From: Gemmatimonadaceae bacterium
Lineage (GTDB): Bacteria; Gemmatimonadota; Gemmatimonadetes; Gemmatimonadales; Gemmatimonadaceae
Length of the DNA: 31,793 nt
Direction: 5' to 3'
NCBI GenBank assembly: GCA_035559375.1
Contig: DATMBI010000150.1
Location: 1 to 31,793, forward strand
Position 1 is the first letter of the stretch. Each line of letters starts with the position of its first letter. Positions 24,696-31,793 of this stretch are shown here, in pieces. Both the position numbers and the translations under genes were made by a program. Below the pieces are notes generated by a model, which did no database searches, was not told where the DNA came from, and worked only from the letters and a program-made list of their open reading frames with translations.

Positions 24696-25895
24696 ATGGG
24701 GCCTTATGTTCCCGCCCACGAACCAAGCGGAGATCTCGGTCCCATAGCTCGAACGTCAGGCCGGCAGGGCGCGCGCGAGCGCGTTGTCCTCGTTGGCGCA
24801 CCCCGCAAGGGGGGCGACGACGACCGGCATGCCGCCGATCACCTGGACGAGCTCGCTCGCCTGGCCGACACCGCCGGAGCGACGGTGGCCGCCACGGTCA
24901 TCCAGCGCGTCGTGGCGCCAACGCCCGGCTACTACATCGGCCGCGGAAAGGTGCTCGAACTGCAACAGGTCGCGCGGCAACACGGTGCCACCCTCGCGGT
25001 GTTCGACGAGGACCTCTCCCCTGCGCAGGGCCGCAATCTGGAGCGGGCGCTGGGGCTCCGTGTGATGGATCGTTCGGAACTGATCCTCGACATCTTCGCG
25101 ACGCGCGCCCGCAGCAAGGAAGCCCGGATGCAGGTGGAACTCGCGCAGCTGGAGTATCTCCTCCCGCGCCTCGCCCGCATGTGGGTGCACCTCTCGCGCA
25201 TCCGCGGCGGCATCGGCCTGCGCGGGCCGGGTGAGACGCAGCTCGAGACGGATCGCCGCATGATCCGGCGCAGGATCGCCACGCTGAAACGCAAGCTGGA
25301 GCACGTAACCCGGCACAGGGAAACGATCAGGGGCGGGAGGCAACACATCCCCACGGCGGCCCTCGTGGGGTACACAAACGCCGGCAAGTCCAGCCTGCTC
25401 AAGGCTCTCACGGGCGCGGACACGTTCATCGAGGATCGCCTGTTCGCCACGCTCGACACGCTGACGCGAGAGCTGGCCATTCCCTCCGCATTCCGGGATC
25501 GCGGCCCCGCCAGGCGGAGGATTCGGCTGGTGGACACGGTAGGATTCATCCGCAAGCTACCGCACCATTTGGTGGCGAGCTTCCGTGCCACGCTGGAGGA
25601 GGCCCGAGACGCCGATCTGTTGCTCCACGTCATTGACGCGTCTCACCCGCAGTGGGAGCAGCAGGTGGACGTCGTGAGCGACGTGCTCGCGGAGGCCGGC
25701 TGCCTGGAGAAGCCCGTGATCCACGTGTTCAACAAGATGGACCGCGTCGCGAGCCCCAGCGACTTCCGCGCTCGCGTGCGGGAGCGGTACGGGCCAGCGG
25801 TGTGCGTGTCGGCTGCTCTGGGTGAGATCGGTGATCTTGCCGGTGTTCTGTTGCGCTTCGACGAGGCGCAACGCCCGGGGCTCGTGCCGTCTTAG
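24696..25895 (+). CDS. hflX: Ribosome-splitting GTPase HflX
   Basis: LDELARLADTAG, LILDIFATRA..KEARMQVELAQLEY, GLRGPGETQLETDRR, G1 GYTNAGKS, LFATLD, G3 DTVG, G4 NKMD. Start uncertain (ATG 24696 or later). Confidence 0.97.
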   Translation: MGPYVPAHEPSGDLGPIARTSGRQGARERVVLVGAPRKGGDDDRHAADHLDELARLADTAGATVAATVIQRVVAPTPGYYIGRGKVLELQQVARQHGATLAVFDEDLSPAQGRNLERALGLRVMDRSELILDIFATRARSKEARMQVELAQLEYLLPRLARMWVHLSRIRGGIGLRGPGETQLETDRRMIRRRIATLKRKLEHVTRHRETIRGGRQHIPTAALVGYTNAGKSSLLKALTGADTFIEDRLFATLDTLTRELAIPSAFRDRGPARRRIRLVDTVGFIRKLPHHLVASFRATLEEARDADLLLHVIDASHPQWEQQVDVVSDVLAEAGCLEKPVIHVFNKMDRVASPSDFRARVRERYGPAVCVSAALGEIGDLAGVLLRFDEAQRPGLVPS

Positions 25896-25916
25896 AGTTG
25901 GCGCTAGCTTGGCTGC

Positions 25917-27122
25917 GTGACCCAGTCGAGGACGCCGGCGTCCAGGCGCCTGGCACTGTTCACGGGCAACTATCATGCAGTGCCGGATGGGGTATCCCTT
26001 ACCCTGAACCGCCTGGTGGAGTACCTCCAGCGGCACGGGTGGGAGGTGCTGGTTTTTGCCCCCGCGGCCGGAGCCAAGCCCATGGAACACGTGGGGGAAC
26101 TCGTGCCGGTGCGCTCCGTTCCGGCTCCCGGGAGAGCGGAGTACCGGGTCGCGCTGGGGTTCCCGCGAGCCGCGCGGGCCCGCTTCGGAGCGTTCCGTCC
26201 CTCTCTCGTGCACGTGGCCACGCCCGACCTGATGGGAAACCGTGCGCTGTACCTGTCGCTGAAGCTCGGCATCCCGGTGGTGGCATCCTATCACACGCAC
26301 TTCTGCTCGTACCTCAAGTACTACGGCCTCGAGGAGCTGGAAGGGTTTCTCTGGAAGTACTTGCGTAAGTTCTACCGCCACTGCCGTCATGTTTACGTCG
26401 CTTCTCCGTCCATGGCGGCAGTTCTCAGGGCGCACGAGATCACGAACGGGCTGCGGTTGTGGGAGCGCGGCGTGGACATGTCACTGTTCAATCCCGGGCG
26501 CCGGTCGCTCGAGTGGCGCCGGGCGATGGGAGTGGCCGACTACGAGCCGCTCGTCACCTTCGTGGGCCGGGTGGTGTGGGAGAAGGGTCTGGAGACGTTT
26601 GCATCGGTGGTCGAGGCGCTCAGCGCCAAAGGGGTGCCCCATCGGAGCATGGTGGTTGGGGACGGGCCCGCGCGGGAGGCCCTGGCGCGGCGGCTGCCAG
26701 GCACACTGTTCACAGGCTACCTCAAGGGCAGCGACGTGGCCCGAGCCTACGCATCCTCAGACGTGTTCCTCTTCCCCAGTGATACGGAAACGTTCGGCAA
26801 CGTGACATTGGAGGCGATGGCGTCCGGTCTCCCGGCGGTGTGCGCCGATGCGACCGGGTCGAGTTCGCTGGTGATTCACGGTCACACAGGGTTCCTGGCG
26901 GAGCCTGGCCACGCCGGCTCGTTCATTTCGTTCGCCCTGAAGCTGCTGCTCCATCCGGAACTCCGCGCGCGGATGGGTGAGGCGGCGGTGAGGAGAGCCC
27001 GTCACTACGGGTGGGAGGCAACTCTGAGCCGTCTGGCAGCGCACTACGAGGAGGCCCTGCACCCTCGCGCACCGAGTGAGGGCGCGGCCGTCCGCGTGTC
27101 GGGGATCGCTGCTAGCCGGTGA
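25917..27122 (+). CDS. Glycosyltransferase family 4 (PimB/MgtA-like)
   Basis: RLALFTGNY...DGVSLTL, SYHTHF, FVGRVVWEKG, FPSDTETFGNVTLEAMASGLP. Confidence 0.92.
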   Translation: MTQSRTPASRRLALFTGNYHAVPDGVSLTLNRLVEYLQRHGWEVLVFAPAAGAKPMEHVGELVPVRSVPAPGRAEYRVALGFPRAARARFGAFRPSLVHVATPDLMGNRALYLSLKLGIPVVASYHTHFCSYLKYYGLEELEGFLWKYLRKFYRHCRHVYVASPSMAAVLRAHEITNGLRLWERGVDMSLFNPGRRSLEWRRAMGVADYEPLVTFVGRVVWEKGLETFASVVEALSAKGVPHRSMVVGDGPAREALARRLPGTLFTGYLKGSDVARAYASSDVFLFPSDTETFGNVTLEAMASGLPAVCADATGSSSLVIHGHTGFLAEPGHAGSFISFALKLLLHPELRARMGEAAVRRARHYGWEATLSRLAAHYEEALHPRAPSEGAAVRVSGIAASR

Positions 27123-27132
27123 TCTGAGACCG

Positions 27133-28293
27133 GTGCGGTTGCTCTTTGTGTCGCACTCCTTTCCGCCGGCCGGCGCGCCATTGTCCAATGTGGGGGGTAT
27201 GCAGCGCGTGGCCCAGGGGCTGCACGCTGCGCTGAGGCGACGACCGGAGGTGACGCTGAGTTCCGTTGTCCTGCGAACCTCCTGGAGCAAGACGCACTTG
27301 CGGGTTCCCGTGTTCATGGCCAGGCTGTTGTGGGACATCCCCCGGCGTGTGGAACGCGCGGGGATTGAGGTCGTCCTGTTCTCATCTCTGGTTACGGCGG
27401 CCGCGGCGCCGTTCCTCAAGCGACGCCTGTCGCGGCATCGTGTTTGTCTTGTCGCTGTCGTTCACGGACGTGATGCGACGCTTCCCGTGAGGCCGTATCA
27501 ATGGGTGGTGCCGCGCGTGCTGGGCGCGTTGGACGGCGTACTGGCAGTGAGCGAGGCCACGGGGCGAGCCTGTATGGCGCGGGGGCTTCACGCCTCAAAG
27601 CTGCACGTGGTAGGCAACGGCGTTGATCCGGTGGCCTCGTCTTCCGAAGACCGCGCGACTGCACGCGCGGCCTTGTTGGCACGTCTCGCAGCATCGGGTT
27701 GCGCCGTCCCTGGCGACGGCTTTCTCGTGTTCAGCGCCGGGCGGCACGTGGCGCGCAAGGGGTTTCGCTGGTTCGCGAGCGAGGTGGTGCCGCGCCTGAC
27801 TCCCGACGTGCACTACGTGTTGGCGGGCGAAGGGCCGGAGACCGCGGCGATCCGAGCGACAATCACGCAGGCGCACCTGGCAGGGAGAGTCCATTTGCTC
27901 GGCAAGGTTACGGACACCGATCTCGCACGTCTGTACCACGGCTCAGATCTATTCGTGATGCCGAATCTTGCGGTGCCGGGTGATCTGGAGGGATTCGGGC
28001 TTGTGGTCGCGGAGGCAGCCCTTGCCGGCCTGCCGGTGGTGGCGGCCGAGGTTGACGGAATCGCGGAAGTTCTGCGCATCACCGAAGGCGGCACGCTTGT
28101 GCCGAGTGCGGATGCCCACGCGTTCGTGGCTGCGATTGAGGGTTACCGTGAAGGAGCGTTCCGCCGGAAGGTCGGCGACAGGGCGGCTGAGTGTGCGCGT
28201 GAGCGCCTGACCTGGCCCCATGTGGTGACACGGTACTTGAAGGCAATGGAGGAGATTCGCGATGGCCGCCGGGTGCCCGCGTTTGCCGTCTAG
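27133..28293 (+). CDS. Glycosyltransferase family 4
   Basis: RLLFVSHSFPP, GGMQRV, GRHVARKGF, EGFGLVVAEAALAG. Start set at GTG 27133. Confidence 0.9.
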   Translation: MRLLFVSHSFPPAGAPLSNVGGMQRVAQGLHAALRRRPEVTLSSVVLRTSWSKTHLRVPVFMARLLWDIPRRVERAGIEVVLFSSLVTAAAAPFLKRRLSRHRVCLVAVVHGRDATLPVRPYQWVVPRVLGALDGVLAVSEATGRACMARGLHASKLHVVGNGVDPVASSSEDRATARAALLARLAASGCAVPGDGFLVFSAGRHVARKGFRWFASEVVPRLTPDVHYVLAGEGPETAAIRATITQAHLAGRVHLLGKVTDTDLARLYHGSDLFVMPNLAVPGDLEGFGLVVAEAALAGLPVVAAEVDGIAEVLRITEGGTLVPSADAHAFVAAIEGYREGAFRRKVGDRAAECARERLTWPHVVTRYLKAMEEIRDGRRVPAFAV

Positions 28294-29800
28294 CCGGTTC
28301 GTATTCCTCCTGGTGCCCGCGGTGTGCGCCTCCGCCATGGCGCAGGAACCCGCGCAGGGCTCGCGCAACCTGCCGCTCGGTCATTGGGCGTATGAGTACA
28401 TCGGGCGACTGAGAGACCGCGGCTATCTCGCGAACCTCAATCCCCTCGTGCAGCCCTACCGCAGGCTCGAGGTGGCGAAGGGACTGTCCGTGCTCGATCC
28501 CGACACGCTGAACCGTGCGGTCAGAGAATGGGTGAGCCTGTTGCGTGATGAGCTGGCTCCCGAACTGCTGCGCCTGGCTCGTGGGTCAGGCGGCAAGGTG
28601 GGCGTCGAGCTTGCCGTGGGCGGACGGGTGTCCACCAGCCAGCGGCTGGATCCCTTGCGGCCGCTGGGCGAGGAGGATGCATGGCCCCGGTTCAGCGCGG
28701 CGGGATGGCTCGAGACGGGACCTCTTGCGGCCGAGAGTCGGCTGGCGGGGGATGTGTACCTCACGTACGACCCCGACGGAGTTGATCCCGGGCAGAGGCG
28801 TGGCGGGCGTACAGACAACGCATACGTCTCGGCCACGTTCCCCTTCGGCGGCATTACGGTGGGACGCCTGAAGCGGAATTGGTCGGCTATCGGCACCAAC
28901 GGTCTGATGGTCTCGGACGTCGCGACGCCATACCCTCAGCTCGAGTTCGAGGCCGGGGTGGGGCGTTTGACGCTGCGGTCTTTCACCGGCGAGTTGGAGA
29001 CCCTCGGGTCATCCAAGCGATACCTGGCGGCTCATCGCCTCGATTACCAGAGCCGGGATTTCGTCGCCTCATTCGGCGAGTCATTCCTCTACGTGCCGGG
29101 GGAAGGCCAGCTGGCCCTCCGGTACTTAAACCCTCTGGAGTTCTTTTTCTTTGACGCCGACAACCAGCCCACCGACCATGCGGTCAACCTGCTGCTGGAT
29201 GCGCAAGTGTGGTATCGCCGCGGGGTGACGGCGTTCTACTTCGAATGGATGCTGGACGACATTGATGTAATCCCGGGCGCGCGCGATCCGGAGCCGCTGC
29301 TGTACGCCTTCCGGGTCGGCTCGAGAGTCTCACCGCGAGCCGGTTGGTTCAACCTGAGTCTGGAGTACCAGCAGGTCGCCGCATTCGCCTACCGCACCCC
29401 CAACGTGGTGGACCGCTACAGTTTCCTGGGCCGGGGGCTGGGCGAGAACTACTCCGATTTCGATCGCCTGACCCTGGCCGCCGACCTATTTCCCCGCGTG
29501 CGCGGGCTGCGGATCTCTCCGACATTGGCGCTTCAGCGACAAGGCGAAGGCAATTTCCGTGATTCGGTACCGCCCATGGCCGAATACCTCGCCAGCCCCA
29601 CGATCTTTCTGGGTACCGCCGAGCGCACCTTCCGACTGGGCGTGCGCGGGCGCTATCAGCCCAACCGCTACGTCTGGGTATCGTGGGACGTGGGCGAGAA
29701 CTTCGTGGAGAACGTAGGGCACGTGGCAGACATGAGTGAGCGCCGGTTCGCGGCCGTCGTCGAGCTCGGGGCAGCTGTGCCGCTGGGGCGCCGGAATTGA
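28262..29800 (+). CDS. Outer-membrane protein, capsule-assembly Wzi-like
   Basis: GGAGG SD, signal peptide ending ASAMA-QEP, LPLGHWAYEYI, HRL, LNPLEFF, EWMLDD and amphipathic beta-strands. Confidence 0.6.
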   Translation: MAAGCPRLPSSRFVFLLVPAVCASAMAQEPAQGSRNLPLGHWAYEYIGRLRDRGYLANLNPLVQPYRRLEVAKGLSVLDPDTLNRAVREWVSLLRDELAPELLRLARGSGGKVGVELAVGGRVSTSQRLDPLRPLGEEDAWPRFSAAGWLETGPLAAESRLAGDVYLTYDPDGVDPGQRRGGRTDNAYVSATFPFGGITVGRLKRNWSAIGTNGLMVSDVATPYPQLEFEAGVGRLTLRSFTGELETLGSSKRYLAAHRLDYQSRDFVASFGESFLYVPGEGQLALRYLNPLEFFFFDADNQPTDHAVNLLLDAQVWYRRGVTAFYFEWMLDDIDVIPGARDPEPLLYAFRVGSRVSPRAGWFNLSLEYQQVAAFAYRTPNVVDRYSFLGRGLGENYSDFDRLTLAADLFPRVRGLRISPTLALQRQGEGNFRDSVPPMAEYLASPTIFLGTAERTFRLGVRGRYQPNRYVWVSWDVGENFVENVGHVADMSERRFAAVVELGAAVPLGRRN

Positions 29801-29920
29801 TGCTGCTCGCGTCCTCCGCGGGGGCTTCACCAAAAGGTAGGTGTCACATTGGCAGCGAGGACCGAGCGGCGGATGGCCGCGGGGTCGTTGGCGATAGCCC
29901 GGTGCGCACTGGCAACGGGT

Positions 29921-30199
29921 TGATGTCAATTGACGGCGGGCGAGAGCAATTGACCTGGGATCGATGGCAATTGACGGCGATGTGATGTCAATTGGCGGAG
30001 CCTCGATGTCAATTGACATCGCGCCGACGTCAATTGCGCCGGGCCGCCGCAGTTGGCGGCGGACCGATGTCACTTGGAAGCAGTGCGCCGCAATTGACCG
30101 CAGGTCGCTGTCAATTGGAAACTGGCCGTAGTCAATTGACGGCGACCCGTTTCCGATTGCGGCAGGATGATGTCAATTGGAATCGCTCCGTTGCAAATG
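29921..30199. repeat. Degenerate tandem array, 14 units of 19-21 bp with palindromic core (YGATGT)CAATTG(RC)
   Basis: Cores start at 29927, 29947, 29968, 29989, 30010, 30031, 30050*, 30071*, 30091, 30112, 30133, 30154*, 30174, 30194* (* = one mismatch). Perfect 18-bp palindrome CGATGTCAATTGACATCG at 30004-30021. Confidence 0.92.
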
Positions 30200-30281
30200 G
30201 GCACCCCGAAGGGTCAATGCGTTTCCCACCAAGAGGTTAGCCGCCTTCGGCTCCAGTACACCTTCACGGGGCCCTGCCCGT

Positions 30282-31643
30282 TCACCACGACATCACGAAC
30301 CTGCCGTGTGCTCCATCGAACCTCCCATGATCGGTGTAGAGATCTCCGTCCAGGTCCACGCGGTAGCCCAGCAGGACATCGAACCGGTCACGAACGGTCC
30401 AGCCAACATCGAGCTTCACTCGTGTGTTGTGGCGGGCCAACGACTCCTGAACAGGCACCTGGCCGTCGCCGCGGGTCACGTTCCGTAAGTCCCACTCCAG
30501 CGATCCGTTGAGCTTGAACCCTCCCGGCGCCCGATAGCCAACGAGGGCCTGACCGGTCCAGGTGGCGTCCCGATAGTCCGTGTCCGCGAGCCCGGCGGCC
30601 GCGTAGTCGCGCCGCTCGGGCCGCGCCACTCTCGCGCCCCAGGCCTCCAGGCGCCAGCGAGGGGCCGGTATGGCGAGGAGGAACGCACCGGCGCTCGTGG
30701 TCTGCTCGGTAAGCCGGAAGTCATTGAGCGCCGTGTCCAGGGGCAACGGCGTTCGCCTCGTCGTGGCGCGGACGTACCGAGCCATGGCGCCCGCACGGAG
30801 CGTGGGTGCGGCGGACCACTCGATCAACCCCGCCGCCTGCGCGAATGTCTCCTCTTGCCGGAAGCCCTCGCTGGGCGACAGCTGCCGATAGGCTCTCACG
30901 CGCGAGGGTGTGAAGAACCCGGCGTCCGCCTCGATACGCAGGCGGCGCCCAACGGATTGCTCCACACTGGTTCGAAGCGCGAGCGGCTGGCGTTCATAGT
31001 CGAGAGCGGTGTCGGCGAAGCCCGGCCACACCCCAAGCACCTGATAGACGATGTCGCTGAACGCGTCCACGACGCTGAGGGAGACGACCAGTCGCCGCGT
31101 AGGGCTCGCCCATCCCCCGCCGATTGACACGTCGTTCTCCGGCTTGTACGCGAGGAGCGATCCTTCGACATACACGAACGGACCTCGCCAGTCCTTTCTG
31201 AACCGGACCCCGATACGGTTACGGAACAACGGCGGCAAGTCTTGATGGGTAATTCGGATGCTTGAAGTCCATCCGCGGCCGATCGGAACCGAGGCTTTGA
31301 GATCCGCCCCCGTGATCAAGTGCTCATAGTTGATGCTTCCCGCCCAGTACCGGGCGCCGTTGGCGATTCGCTCCCAACGATACTCCTCCGTGATTCCAAA
31401 TCCGGCCGATATCCGGTCAAGCTCGTATTCCGCGTCAATCTCGGCATGAAAGCGCTGGAGCGTACCGCGGGAGTTGAGGCGCCCGCCCCGGGCCGCGCTG
31501 CGATCGAGGGCGAGGAGCCAGGTCTCGTCGGCCCACGTGCGTATGGTGGCGTGAAGTGAAGCCGTATCCTGCTGCGCGAGTGTAGAGGTTGAAGCTGTAA
31601 CGGTGATCAGGAGTGCGAGGATTGGAGACGGCATCTTGCTCAA
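30282..31643 (-). CDS. Hypothetical secreted outer-membrane beta-barrel protein
   Basis: Signal peptide PILALLITVTASTSTLA-QQ, alternating beta-strand pattern, C-terminal GRFVMSW with terminal aromatic residue. TTG start overlaps the upstream stop (TTGA). Confidence 0.65.
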   Translation of the reverse strand: MSKMPSPILALLITVTASTSTLAQQDTASLHATIRTWADETWLLALDRSAARGGRLNSRGTLQRFHAEIDAEYELDRISAGFGITEEYRWERIANGARYWAGSINYEHLITGADLKASVPIGRGWTSSIRITHQDLPPLFRNRIGVRFRKDWRGPFVYVEGSLLAYKPENDVSIGGGWASPTRRLVVSLSVVDAFSDIVYQVLGVWPGFADTALDYERQPLALRTSVEQSVGRRLRIEADAGFFTPSRVRAYRQLSPSEGFRQEETFAQAAGLIEWSAAPTLRAGAMARYVRATTRRTPLPLDTALNDFRLTEQTTSAGAFLLAIPAPRWRLEAWGARVARPERRDYAAAGLADTDYRDATWTGQALVGYRAPGGFKLNGSLEWDLRNVTRGDGQVPVQESLARHNTRVKLDVGWTVRDRFDVLLGYRVDLDGDLYTDHGRFDGAHGRFVMSW

Positions 31644-31792
31644 GACCTCGCGCCTTGCACCCCCAACACCACCCCCCTCAACACCCCCGCCACCTCCCGC
31701 GCAAATCTCCGCGCCGAGTACCGGTCCTCGGCGATGTGGCGGCCGCGCGCACCCATGGCGCGGAGCGCGTCCGCCGGAAGCCTGAGCACGCT
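31640..31792 (-). CDS. C-terminal end of a GT4 glycosyltransferase (runs off the right edge; absent from the ORF track)
   Basis: Reads SVLRLPADALRAMGARGRHIAEDRYSARRFAREVAGVLRGVVLGVQGARS*, the typical GT4 final helices. TGA at 31642-31640. Confidence 0.75.
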   Translation of the reverse strand, partial: SVLRLPADALRAMGARGRHIAEDRYSARRFAREVAGVLRGVVLGVQGARS

Positions 31793-31793
31793 C

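Noticed and set aside
29921-30199. CRISPR array
   Set aside because: The period is only about 20.5 bp, the conserved core is 6-14 bp, linkers are far too short for spacers, and there are no cas genes in the window.
30203-30253. Two small hairpins (ACCC-TTCG-GGGT and AGCCG-AAGG-CGGCT, minus strand) as terminators
   Set aside because: Stems of only 4-5 bp and no U-tract.
31660-31698. Four C-runs 12 bp apart forming a canonical G-quadruplex motif on the minus strand
   Set aside because: It falls inside the GT4 C-terminal coding frame (REVAGVLRGVVLGV), so Gly/Val codons explain it.

Overview
A high-GC, diderm-type window (taxonomy cannot be read directly) made almost entirely of surface-polysaccharide genes. 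A plus-strand block (577-9619) encodes a priming glycosyltransferase, a GT4 and a five-gene sugar-acid module: NeuB/NANS-like synthase, SDR, aldehyde dehydrogenase, CMP-ulosonate synthetase and a fused transketolase-like enzyme. It converges on a minus-strand operon (23960 to 9641) with SLBB/Wza-like export, Wzz-like co-polymerase, a decayed IS630, HAD phosphatase, KpsS/KpsC-like transferase, two SAM methyltransferases, Wzy-like polymerase, two GT4s and Wzx. The ~21 kb core is bounded by broken genes at both ends: a truncated PQQ sugar dehydrogenase on the left, and a GT4 5' stub fused to a paralogous wza 3' tail on the right. The right third holds a lipoprotein, hflX, three more GT4s (one partial and missing from the ORF track), a Wzi-like protein, an outer-membrane barrel and an unexplained ~20.5-bp-period array of CAATTG palindromes. 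The main candidate for a new system is a CMP-ulosonic acid pathway. Its transketolase appears to lack the phosphate- and 2-OH-binding residues, which fits a hypothesised SDR, transketolase, ALDH chain-shortening of a Kdn-type sugar to a heptulosaric acid. That chemistry is inference only.
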